Source: a virus
Direction: 5' to 3' (one strand)
Length of the DNA: 64,000 bases
Virus record (IMG/VR): IMGVR_UViG_3300033143_002694
Span: 4,189-68,188 of that record
This document shows, piece by piece, positions 39,666 to 48,084 of the stretch. Numbering within the stretch: position 1 is the stretch's first letter; the number at the start of each line of letters is the position of its first letter. The translations under genes and the position numbers were made by a program. The notes below the pieces were generated by a model that was given only the letters and a program-made list of their open reading frames with translations, had not been told where the DNA came from and did no database searches.

Positions 39666-39944
39666 ATGAACACAGCCGAATACGATTCACAAATGAAGGA
39701 GATCAGAGATGATTATTTAGTCAAGTGTAAGAAGTTGAGGATTCAGTTTGTGGCAAGTAACACAACGGTTAGGGTAGGCGATGTTATCAAGGATCATAGT
39801 GGCTCTATCGTAGTTGAGAAAACAGGAGTTAATGTTCCACTTACAGGATACCCTGAGCCAAAGTTTTATGGTATCGAATTGAAGAAGGATGGCACACCAA
39901 GGAAAGATAAGGCGAAGCGTTGGTTATTTGGATGTAACATGTAA
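39666..39944 (+). CDS. Hypothetical protein
   Basis: AAGGA SD; LKKDGTP motif common in small phage proteins. Confidence 0.7.
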   Translation: MNTAEYDSQMKEIRDDYLVKCKKLRIQFVASNTTVRVGDVIKDHSGSIVVEKTGVNVPLTGYPEPKFYGIELKKDGTPRKDKAKRWLFGCNM

Positions 39945-39979
39945 TAAGCATCTGGCAGGTCACTCCATTATTTTATTTT

Positions 39980-40054
39980 GCGTGTATAGTTTAATTGGGA
40001 AAACCGGAGGCTTCCAACCTCAAATTGCGGGTTCGATTCCTGCTACACGCTCCA
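39980..40054 (+). tRNA. tRNA-Gly(TCC)
   Basis: GCGTGTA/TACACGC-T-CCA; loop CTTCCAA. Confidence 0.92.
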
Positions 40055-40074
40055 CGTTTCAACAAGGAGTTTCG

Positions 40075-40338
40075 ATGAGAATAGGTACTTTTGATAAGAT
40101 ATGCGGTACAAGTTTGTTGCTTGGCTTTATAGTTGTCTGCCTTTTGGGTACGGGCTGGATAATGAACTGCGTAGCGTTCGCAAAGCTTGACTTCAAGTCA
40201 CCAGTAAAGGCAGAGATAGTAAGGGGAATTGGGCTATTTCCTCCGTTTGGCGCAGTACTAGGGTGGGTAGATATCGATGATACGCCACGTGAAACCAGTC
40301 GGCCTGTAGAAATGCTTGAAATCGTACCGGTAAAATAG
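40075..40338 (+). CDS. Small membrane protein
   Basis: AAGGAG SD; TM; GW..N..RGIG..PP.GAVLGW. Confidence 0.7.
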   Translation: MRIGTFDKICGTSLLLGFIVVCLLGTGWIMNCVAFAKLDFKSPVKAEIVRGIGLFPPFGAVLGWVDIDDTPRETSRPVEMLEIVPVK

Positions 40339-40376
40339 TTTATTTTTTGTTTAACGTTTTGAATAAGGGGATTATT

Positions 40377-40775
40377 TTGGACAAAGAACTTAAGTCGCGG
40401 TGTTGGGTACTTGGTGTTTTAATAGCAGTGATTCTTGCCATTGTCATAACAAGCATGGCATGTTTACCGAAGTACAGGGTGTACAAGCAGAATCTGGCAG
40501 GACAGGCAACATTGAGAGAAGCAGAGTGGACCAAGAAAATTAACATTGAGTCTGCGAAGGCAAAGAAAGTATCAGCTACATTACTGGCAGACGCTGAAGT
40601 GGAAAGAGCAAAGGGTGTAGCGAAGGCCAATAAGATAATTGGTGACAGTTTAAAGAATAACGAAGGGTATTTGCAGTACCTATTTATTGACAGCCTGAGT
40701 GAGACGAATAACAAGATCATATATATTCCGACTGAGGCGAATATGCCGATACTTGAAGCAGGACGAAGAGATTAA
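40377..40775 (+). CDS. Membrane protein, Band7/SPFH C-terminal-like
   Basis: TM then AEVERAKGVAKANKIIGDSL..YLQYL..IIYIPTE. Confidence 0.7.
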   Translation: MDKELKSRCWVLGVLIAVILAIVITSMACLPKYRVYKQNLAGQATLREAEWTKKINIESAKAKKVSATLLADAEVERAKGVAKANKIIGDSLKNNEGYLQYLFIDSLSETNNKIIYIPTEANMPILEAGRRD

Positions 40776-40862
40776 TTCGAGATAGCATAATTGGTAATGC
40801 AACTGGCTGTTAACCAGTGACGATGCTTGTCAATGCAGGTTCGACCCCTGCTCTCGGAGCCA
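40776..40862 (+). tRNA. tRNA-Asn(GTT) with long variable arm
   Basis: TTCGAGA/TCTCGGA-G-CCA; ACTGG-CTGTTAA-CCAGT; 16-nt variable region. Confidence 0.85.
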
Positions 40863-41099
40863 TACGTAAGCGGTGCGGGGACGCTATATAAAACGGTGCC
40901 ATAATACTTAAGCTCTGTTTTGGTATCCGATCTCTTGCAAGACAACAAGGCCGTAAGGATATCCTTCCTTCAGAACTCGAATTTCTTGAGGAGGTGGCTT
41001 ATAACCATCTACGGCATCCATAATGGCAGTTTTCATTTGGGGGTTCTGCATGAACCAAAATAAAAAACCTCCATCCAATATTCGCATGACCAAACTTTT

Positions 41100-41160
41100 A
41101 CATGCAGGGAGATTTTAGAAACTTCTCTAACGGAAATCGCATCTGGGTCTCTCTGCATGT
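41100..41160 (+). ncRNA. Candidate structured RNA (three-way junction)
   Basis: ACATGCAGGGAGA/TCTCTCTGCATGT stem enclosing two small hairpins. Confidence 0.4.
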
Positions 41161-41176
41161 TATTAAAACTATACTT

Positions 41177-41266
41177 GGAAGATTGACAGAGCTTGGTAAT
41201 GTGCCAGTTTGCTAAACTGAGGCTAGGGTTACACTTACGGAGGTTCAAATCCTCCATCTTCCGCCA
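41177..41266 (+). tRNA. tRNA-Ser(GCT)
   Basis: GGAAGAT/ATCTTCC-G-CCA; long V arm; loop TTGCTAA. Confidence 0.92.
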
Positions 41267-41313
41267 TAAGCGAGAACGGCCATGTAACTCGGTAAAAACT
41301 AGGCTACCAAATT

Positions 41314-41544
41314 ATGTACTATATACAACACAAATACTATACTTGGCTTAAGTGGGAGAGATGGGGAACTTATCCATCTAAAGAAAAATCTGAAAAAGCA
41401 TTTGACAAACTGAAAGTGCTTGTTATACTAAAACCGATAACCATGAATGGTGTTGATTTTCACGACATTTATAAGGGTTATGATTATAGACTTACAGAAG
41501 ATGCGCCAATGGTGGCAAGCAGTCTTGAAAACTGTGGGGTGTAA
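41314..41544 (+). CDS. Hypothetical protein overlapping tRNA-Ser(TGA)
   Basis: 76-aa ORF whose 3' end runs into the tRNA. Confidence 0.45.
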   Translation: MYYIQHKYYTWLKWERWGTYPSKEKSEKAFDKLKVLVILKPITMNGVDFHDIYKGYDYRLTEDAPMVASSLENCGV

Positions 41545-41579
41545 AAGCCTAGAGGGTTCGATTCCCTTGTCTTCTGCCA
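41496..41579 (+). tRNA. tRNA-Ser(TGA)
   Basis: AGAAGAT/GTCTTCT-G-CCA; loop CTTGAAA; V arm; compact D arm. Confidence 0.85.
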
Positions 41580-41589
41580 ATTTTAACAT

Positions 41590-41667
41590 CAGTGGGTAGG
41601 TCAGTCTGGTTAGACCGCTCGCCTTGGACGCGAGAGATCGGAGGTTCGAATCCTCCCCCACTGACCA
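41590..41667 (+). tRNA. tRNA-Pro(TGG)
   Basis: CAGTGGG/CCCACTG-A-CCA; CTCGC-CTTGGAC-GCGAG. Confidence 0.92.
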
Positions 41668-41688
41668 TTTTATGAAAGGGGTTTCATA

Positions 41689-42876
41689 ATGAGAGTATTA
41701 CCGCCAGTACCATCCGAGCAGAATTTACCAATCAAATCATGGTGTCCTGTCGTAGACGAGAAGACATTCAGGCAGGCAATCAACATATCAAACCTACCAT
41801 TCACATTCAAACATATAGCACTAATGCCAGATGCCCACATGGGCTACGGTATGCCTATTGGTGGAGTATTAGCTACCAAGGGGTATATAGTACCGAACGC
41901 TGTTGGTGTTGATATAGGGTGTGGTATGGCTGCAGTAAGACTGCCATTGAAGGAAGCTCCAGATGAAATGACTCTCAAGTATTTGATGAACATAATCAGA
42001 AGAGACATACCATTCGGATTCAAGAAGCACTATAAGGCAAAGCCAATAACAAAGATGCCAAAGCCACATGAACCACAGTTTTTACAGCACAGGGTTGCAG
42101 GTACAGAGAATATCAACGCAAGGAAGTCTCTAGGTACCCTTGGTGGCGGTAACCACTTCATAGAGATACAGATGGGCTCTGATGGGTATATCTGGATAAT
42201 GATTCACAGTGGCTCTAGAAATTTAGGCAAACAGGTTGCTGATTATTACAACAAAGTGGCTATTGTCAAGAACAAAGAGTATCACTCTAAGGTACCAATT
42301 AAACATGAACTGGCATTTCTTCCAATAGATAGTGTTGATGGCAAGAACTACATCGATGAGATGAACTATTGCGTTGAGTTTGCGCGATTGAACAGGAAGG
42401 AAATGATGTCAAGGGTTGTCGGTGCATTCTATACCCTGTTGGATATCAAAGACGATCATGACCCGGTTATCGACGTGGTTCATAACTATGCACGTATGGA
42501 AAGCCACTATGGTAATAATGTCATGGTCCATCGTAAAGGTGCAACTTCTGCAAAGCTTGGCGAAACAGGAATCATTCCCGGATCACAAGGCTCAATGAGC
42601 TATATTGTCAAGGGCAAGGGGAATTCTGAGTCATTCACTTCATGTAGTCATGGAGCAGGTAGAAAGATGGGAAGGAAAGAAGCGAGTAAGAGACTTAATC
42701 TACAGGACGAAATAGATAACCTTAATGACAAGGGTATTATCCATTCTATCCGTGTTGAGAGCGACCTAGAAGAGGCTACAGGGGCATACAAAGACATCGA
42801 AGAGGTAATGGATCACCAGATGGACTTAGTATCTCCTATGATACAGCTACGACCTTTAGCAGTACTGAAAGGATAA
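41689..42876 (+). CDS. rtcB: RtcB RNA ligase (2',3'-cyclic phosphate/5'-OH)
   Basis: MPDAHMGYG, VGVDIGCG, GTLGGGNHF, HSGSR, HNY, HRKGA, SHGAGR. Confidence 0.95.
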   Translation: MRVLPPVPSEQNLPIKSWCPVVDEKTFRQAINISNLPFTFKHIALMPDAHMGYGMPIGGVLATKGYIVPNAVGVDIGCGMAAVRLPLKEAPDEMTLKYLMNIIRRDIPFGFKKHYKAKPITKMPKPHEPQFLQHRVAGTENINARKSLGTLGGGNHFIEIQMGSDGYIWIMIHSGSRNLGKQVADYYNKVAIVKNKEYHSKVPIKHELAFLPIDSVDGKNYIDEMNYCVEFARLNRKEMMSRVVGAFYTLLDIKDDHDPVIDVVHNYARMESHYGNNVMVHRKGATSAKLGETGIIPGSQGSMSYIVKGKGNSESFTSCSHGAGRKMGRKEASKRLNLQDEIDNLNDKGIIHSIRVESDLEEATGAYKDIEEVMDHQMDLVSPMIQLRPLAVLKG

Positions 42877-42881
42877 GAACC

Positions 42882-43718
42882 GTGAAGATACAGGCGACTT
42901 TAAATCTATCAGAAGGATTCGGAAAGTATGGAAGAACTATACCCTTTAAGACTTCAAAATACCCTGCAGGTGAAGTGTATATCAAGACAGAAGTACCTCT
43001 TGGTACCAGCACAGTAAGAATTAATAGCAGGTGCAGGAGCAGTGACCATCTCGTGATCATACTCATGGCGGTTGATACGCTCCAGAGACAGGGTGTAAAA
43101 TACATCGAGTTATTCATACCATACTTCCCATACTCAAGGCAGGACAGAGCCTGTGACTACGGAGAGGCTTTCTCGTTGAAGGTTATAGCGTGGATGTTAA
43201 GCCATACCCTTGATAAAGTAATAACGTATGACGTTCATAGCGATGTTGCATCTTCTATTCTGGACCTGAGACTGGAGAATCGTAACAATCACATAGAGGT
43301 CATAGATTTCGTAAAATGCCTTAATGTCAAGGGTAAGAAGTTGGCGTTAATTGTTCCAGATGCAGGTGCCTTAAAAAAATCTCAGAAATTATTTGACAAT
43401 ACAGGAATTTTTGATACACTTGTTATATGTCATAAGAAACGTGTCTACGGGAAAGTCCAATATATGGATATCCCTGACAATCTCAATGGCATGGAAGCAG
43501 TCGTTGTTGATGATATATGTGACGGTGGAGCTACTTTCCTTGCATTATCAGAGAAGCTTGACCAGATAGATGTTGGCGCAAAGCACTTGTTCGTAAGTCA
43601 TGGCATATTTTCTGCGGGTATGGAGAAGCTGAGAGAATGCTACAAGACAATCGGAACGACAAACAGTATGCGGTGGATGGCACCAACAGATGTCAAGCGT
43701 TTTAATTTAGATTATTAA
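42882..43718 (+). CDS. Ribose-phosphate pyrophosphokinase-like protein (likely NARP1 Adps)
   Basis: YPAGE, PYFPYSRQDR, DVHS, PDAGA, VVDDICDGGATF, SHGIFS. Confidence 0.88.
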   Translation: MKIQATLNLSEGFGKYGRTIPFKTSKYPAGEVYIKTEVPLGTSTVRINSRCRSSDHLVIILMAVDTLQRQGVKYIELFIPYFPYSRQDRACDYGEAFSLKVIAWMLSHTLDKVITYDVHSDVASSILDLRLENRNNHIEVIDFVKCLNVKGKKLALIVPDAGALKKSQKLFDNTGIFDTLVICHKKRVYGKVQYMDIPDNLNGMEAVVVDDICDGGATFLALSEKLDQIDVGAKHLFVSHGIFSAGMEKLRECYKTIGTTNSMRWMAPTDVKRFNLDY

Positions 43719-43738
43719 ACATTAGAGAAGGAGGAGAT

Positions 43739-44200
43739 ATGTCGAAGTACCTAAGAAGTGCTCCAGTTAAGAAACTCGGATTTGTGTGGAGAAACATGAA
43801 ATATAGATGTTTCAGGAAAGAGAATAAGGATTACAAGTATTACGGTGGCAAGGGTATCACGGTATGCAAGGAGTGGCTGGAGTTTGAAAACTTCTTAGCA
43901 TGGGCATTGAGAGCAGGGTATGATGATAGTCTTACTATTGACAGGTTGGACTCCAACAAAGACTATGAACCGGAGAACTGTGTTTGGCATACACGTGGTG
44001 CAAATTCAAGGAGAGCTACTGAGAAGTTTACAATAGCGGAGTCCGAGGAAATACGTGACCTGTATGCATGTGGTAGATTTACTTACAAGGACCTTGGAGA
44101 GGCTTATGGCTGTACTGGCGTGTGTATCTGGGCCGCAGTTAACCGCAAAACTTATAGAAAAGGGGATGACCGTGGAGATATCACCGTTACATCAAATTGA
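43739..44200 (+). CDS. HNH-type homing endonuclease-like protein with C-terminal HTH
   Basis: W..MK.RC, YYGGKGITVC.EW..F..F..W, TIDR.D...YEPENC.W. Confidence 0.85.
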   Translation: MSKYLRSAPVKKLGFVWRNMKYRCFRKENKDYKYYGGKGITVCKEWLEFENFLAWALRAGYDDSLTIDRLDSNKDYEPENCVWHTRGANSRRATEKFTIAESEEIRDLYACGRFTYKDLGEAYGCTGVCIWAAVNRKTYRKGDDRGDITVTSN

Positions 44201-45893
44201 TTTCTACAAATCAGGGCATATGTATCAGTACCCTGACAATACAGAGTTAGTGTTCAGCAACCTTACACCAAGGGCAAGTAGGATGAAAGAGGTAGACAGG
44301 GTAGTATTTTTCATGTTGCAGTATTTCATCAAAGAGTACTTGATGGACCAGTGGCAGAGGAATTTCTTCGACAAGGATTTGACTGGAATTATCCTAGAGT
44401 TTCAAGACCGCATGGATAATGCCCTTGGAGCAGGTAAGGTGAAGGCTCACCACATCGAAGAACTTCACCACTTGGGATACTTACCATTGGAGATCAGGGC
44501 AGTGCCAGAGGGTAGCAGGGTTAACCTGAGAGTGCCGATGATGGTGATGTGGAATACTAATCCTGATTTCGGATGGCTCACAAACTACCTTGAAACTATC
44601 ATGAGTACCACGGTATGGGGTGGGTGTACTTCTGCTACAATGGCGAATGAGTACAGAGGTATAATGGAACAATACGCAGAGAAAACTGGAGGCGATAAAG
44701 CTTTCATTGATTTCCAAGGACATGACTTTTCTTGTCGTGGTATGTTTGGATTCGAAGCGGCTTGTATGTCTGGAGCAGGGCATTTGTTATCATTCAAAGG
44801 AACCGATACAGTAGGTGCAGTTGACTTTATTGAGAAGTACTACAAGGTGTGGTCTGGCGATAATGAGGTAGATGATGAGTTAATCGGATGCTCAGTACCT
44901 GCAACCGAACATAGTGTCATGTGTCTTGGTGGTGATGGTGATGATGAATACGATACTATCAAGAGATTGATAACAGAGACATACCCAACAGGCCCTATAA
45001 GTATAGTATGTGATACGTGGGACTTCTTCAAGGTACTCACGGAGATCCTTCCGAGATTAAAGGATATTATCATGGCAAGGGATGGCAAAGTAATTATCAG
45101 GCCAGATTCAGGTGACCCTGCTGATATAATTTGCGGTACAGCAAAGATTGTAGATTACGGAGATGAGGTTTCTAGCCTAGGAGAGTTAAAGCTTTGGGCT
45201 AAAGATGATATCACTGACAAGGTCAACGAAGATACACCGCATGGAGAGTGTGGGACATTTGAAGAGTTCGGGCTTTTTAGGTTTAATGGTTTAATTTACA
45301 AGATCGAAGTAGCGATGGAGTGGAATAGGCATGACAAACAATACTACTACATGGAAGAGAGTCATGTAAGTGGCTGTGAAGTTGTCAATCTTACACCAGA
45401 GCAGAAGGGTGCGGTAGAGTTATTATGGGAAACTTTTGGCGGTACAACAACCGAGAAAGGATACAAACAACTTGACAGTCATATCGGACTTATTTACGGA
45501 GACAGTATTACTTTGGATAGATGTAGAGACATATGTTCCAGACTATCTGACAAAGGTTTCGCAAGCACTAATGTGGTTTTTGGGATAGGTTCTTACACCT
45601 ACACTTACACGACCAGAGATGTATTTGGATTTGCAGTAAAGGCTACTTATGCAGAGATCGATGGCAAGCCTGTTGAGATATATAAGAAGCCGAAAACGGA
45701 CGATGGAACGAAGAATAGTGCCAAAGGGCTGACTGCAGTTTACATGTCTCAGGATGGTAATTTCCATATGCAAGATCAGGCAACGTGGGATCATGTCAAA
45801 AACTGCTCATTAGAATTAGTATACAGAGATGGAGCACTGATAAGAAATACAGACATCTCTGAAATCAGAGAAACTTTAAGGAGACAAAGATGA
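44172..45893 (+). CDS. Nicotinamide phosphoribosyltransferase-like protein (likely NARP1 Namat)
   Basis: DFYKSGH..QYP, HDFSCRG, PATEHSV, DTWD, RPDSGDP, IYGDSIT, FGIGSYTY, KPKTDDG.K.SAKG. Confidence 0.92.
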   Translation: MEISPLHQIDFYKSGHMYQYPDNTELVFSNLTPRASRMKEVDRVVFFMLQYFIKEYLMDQWQRNFFDKDLTGIILEFQDRMDNALGAGKVKAHHIEELHHLGYLPLEIRAVPEGSRVNLRVPMMVMWNTNPDFGWLTNYLETIMSTTVWGGCTSATMANEYRGIMEQYAEKTGGDKAFIDFQGHDFSCRGMFGFEAACMSGAGHLLSFKGTDTVGAVDFIEKYYKVWSGDNEVDDELIGCSVPATEHSVMCLGGDGDDEYDTIKRLITETYPTGPISIVCDTWDFFKVLTEILPRLKDIIMARDGKVIIRPDSGDPADIICGTAKIVDYGDEVSSLGELKLWAKDDITDKVNEDTPHGECGTFEEFGLFRFNGLIYKIEVAMEWNRHDKQYYYMEESHVSGCEVVNLTPEQKGAVELLWETFGGTTTEKGYKQLDSHIGLIYGDSITLDRCRDICSRLSDKGFASTNVVFGIGSYTYTYTTRDVFGFAVKATYAEIDGKPVEIYKKPKTDDGTKNSAKGLTAVYMSQDGNFHMQDQATWDHVKNCSLELVYRDGALIRNTDISEIRETLRRQR

Positions 45894-46114
45894 TTGGAAC
45901 GATGAAAAATGAGCATAATACGGCCTTGCCTTTCCCTAAGTTAATGATCAATGAAAACGTAGTCGCATTGTTTACTAACGCGAAAGAAGGGGTGGTAGTG
46001 TGTGAGATAAGCGAAGATGCCGTATCCGTTGGAGAGTCTTTAGGTAGAGGAACATTTGATGTTAATCGCTTTTCTGATTACCACGGAACTATATCACTTT
46101 CTAACACTAAGTAA
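45890..46114 (+). CDS. Hypothetical protein
   Basis: ATGA-coupled; FPKLM..VLF..G.V. Confidence 0.6.
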   Translation: MIGTMKNEHNTALPFPKLMINENVVALFTNAKEGVVVCEISEDAVSVGESLGRGTFDVNRFSDYHGTISLSNTK

Positions 46115-46125
46115 GGGAGATTATT

Positions 46126-47118
46126 TTGCTGACCGAAGAACAAAAAGTAGCAAGACGTAAAGGCGTTGGAGGCAGTGATGTCTCCAGCGTCTTCGGACTA
46201 GAGCCATATGGTTGTAAGCTCAAACTGTTCCATGATAAAACAGGGGTGAAGCCAGATTTTGATAACAGTAACCCCGCCATGGACAGAGGTAATGCTCTGG
46301 AAGAATTAGCTGTTCAGTTTTATGAAGAAAAATCCGGGAATGAAGTTGAGAGAACTGATGAGCACTTCAAGAGTAAAATATATCCCCATATGCTGGCCAA
46401 TGTTGATGGTAAAGTTACACTCGCAGAAGTACTTGGTTGTATATTGGAAGTAAAGTGTCCGGGACGGGAATCATACTACCGTATCAAGAGAGAAGGCATC
46501 CCTGATGCATATATACTTCAAGGTCAGCATTACATGTATGTTACTGATGCCCCGGCAATGGAGTATGCTATATTCTGTGCTGACGCATGGGAGATGGAGA
46601 TCGTTAGGGTAGAGAGAGACGATGCTCTTATCAACAAGATCATAGAGGCAGAGAATAAATTTTGGGACTTGATAGTAGCTACCCGTAAAAACCCAGAACT
46701 TGATGTCTCTCCAGATCGTTTACCATACGGTGACAGTAGATGCAAGATGTGTGAATGGAGATTGCACTGTTGGAAGAATGAATGGAATGAAGTTGATTTC
46801 GAGTTCATTAAAAACTCAGATTACGAAGAGATTGATGAACCTGAGTTTGAGCTTGCGCTGATTGAGCACAAAGACAACCTCGCACTGGCTAAACGTGCAG
46901 AAGCACTGGTAGATAAATCAAAGAGAACTATTATGACTCATATGCAAGACAGGAATAAGGTTCAATTAACTACCGGGAAAGTCAGTTTTAAGTGGGAGAA
47001 GAAGTCCTATGTTAATACCAAGGGACTGTGCAAAGACCATCCGGATTTGGCTGAGAAATATACCTATGAGAATGGTAATAAATCTCTGCGAACTTATTTC
47101 CCAAAGGAGAAAAAATAA
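46126..47118 (+). CDS. YqaJ-like lambda-type exonuclease
   Basis: RRKGVGGSD, RGNALE, ANVDG, LEVKC, Q.QHYM. Confidence 0.92.
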   Translation: MLTEEQKVARRKGVGGSDVSSVFGLEPYGCKLKLFHDKTGVKPDFDNSNPAMDRGNALEELAVQFYEEKSGNEVERTDEHFKSKIYPHMLANVDGKVTLAEVLGCILEVKCPGRESYYRIKREGIPDAYILQGQHYMYVTDAPAMEYAIFCADAWEMEIVRVERDDALINKIIEAENKFWDLIVATRKNPELDVSPDRLPYGDSRCKMCEWRLHCWKNEWNEVDFEFIKNSDYEEIDEPEFELALIEHKDNLALAKRAEALVDKSKRTIMTHMQDRNKVQLTTGKVSFKWEKKSYVNTKGLCKDHPDLAEKYTYENGNKSLRTYFPKEKK

Positions 47119-47121
47119 GCT

Positions 47122-48084
47122 ATGACAGAAGGAACTATTGACATTACTACTTCATGGCATGCCTACCCCAAATCACTGGCGGTAGGGCATCGCTACCTAA
47201 GAGACATCTTTTTAGATGAAGTTTCCATAACAGAAAAGATCGACGGTTCGCAATTCTCATTTGGGATCTTTAAAGGTGTTATCAAGTGCAAGTCTAAGAA
47301 CCAGCATATTAATATGGATGCAGGTGTGTCTGATCTTGGTATGTTTCGTAAGGCTGTTGAGACTGTGAGGGAGATAGCAGACATGCTGACTGATGGATAT
47401 ACCTATCGCGCAGAGTACCTGCAGAAGCCAAAGCATAACGTGCTGGCATATGACAGGGTGCCTGATAGAAATCTTATCATCTTTGACATTGCAAGAGGGC
47501 ATGAGGACTACTTGGGTCACAAAGAGATGGAAGCCGAGTCTAGTTATATTGGGTTGGAGTGCGTACCTCTGATATACTGCGGTAAGATTGTGGATGCAGA
47601 CTCATTCGTCCAGTTCCTTGAACGTGATTCTATTCTTGGTGGCCAGAAGATAGAGGGAGTTGTTGCTAAGAATTATGATCGTTTCGGGAACGATGGCAAG
47701 ATACTGATGGCAAAGTATGTATCTCCGAAGTTCAAAGAGATTCATAACAAGGACTACAAAGAGAAGAATCCTTCAGGTCTGGATATACTAGGTGTCCTTG
47801 GAGCGAAGTATCACAGTGAAGCACGATTTGCAAAAGCAGTACAGCACTTGAGGGAAGAGGGCCTTCTTATAGATGAGCCAAAAGATATCGGTATCCTGAT
47901 TGAAGAGGTAAGGAGAGATATCTTGGAAGAGTGTGGTGCAGACATCATGAACGATTTGTTTAAGTGGGCTTGGAAGCGATTGGGAAAATCTGTGATAGCA
48001 GGTTTCCCTGAGTGGTACAAGAATTTATTACTAGAAAACGCTTTAGAAGAGGAGGATGACTTTGACCAGTTCGACCAAGAATGA
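47122..48084 (+). CDS. ATP-dependent RNA ligase (Rnl2-like nucleotidyltransferase)
   Basis: Motif I EKIDGS, AEY, IFDI, VPLIY.G, EGVV.K, AKYV...FKE. Confidence 0.8.
   Translation: MTEGTIDITTSWHAYPKSLAVGHRYLRDIFLDEVSITEKIDGSQFSFGIFKGVIKCKSKNQHINMDAGVSDLGMFRKAVETVREIADMLTDGYTYRAEYLQKPKHNVLAYDRVPDRNLIIFDIARGHEDYLGHKEMEAESSYIGLECVPLIYCGKIVDADSFVQFLERDSILGGQKIEGVVAKNYDRFGNDGKILMAKYVSPKFKEIHNKDYKEKNPSGLDILGVLGAKYHSEARFAKAVQHLREEGLLIDEPKDIGILIEEVRRDILEECGADIMNDLFKWAWKRLGKSVIAGFPEWYKNLLLENALEEEDDFDQFDQE

Noticed and set aside
39889-40074. N-terminal extension of ORF 39889..40338 and ORFs antisense to tRNAs (2946, 9821, 41033, 41428)
   Set aside because: They overlap clear tRNA genes; SD-supported starts lie downstream
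41036-41073. Canonical preQ1-I riboswitch
   Set aside because: A-rich tail matches, but the conserved loop U and specificity C are absent and no que gene follows
41271-41310. tmRNA or theta (HDV-like) ribozyme after tRNA
   Set aside because: Only a pk1-like piece; no tRNA-like domain or tag ORF; no HDV P3/L3 pattern found
45130-45400. Intein in Nampt-like gene
   Set aside because: Insert is short, with no C-terminal His-Asn splice motif
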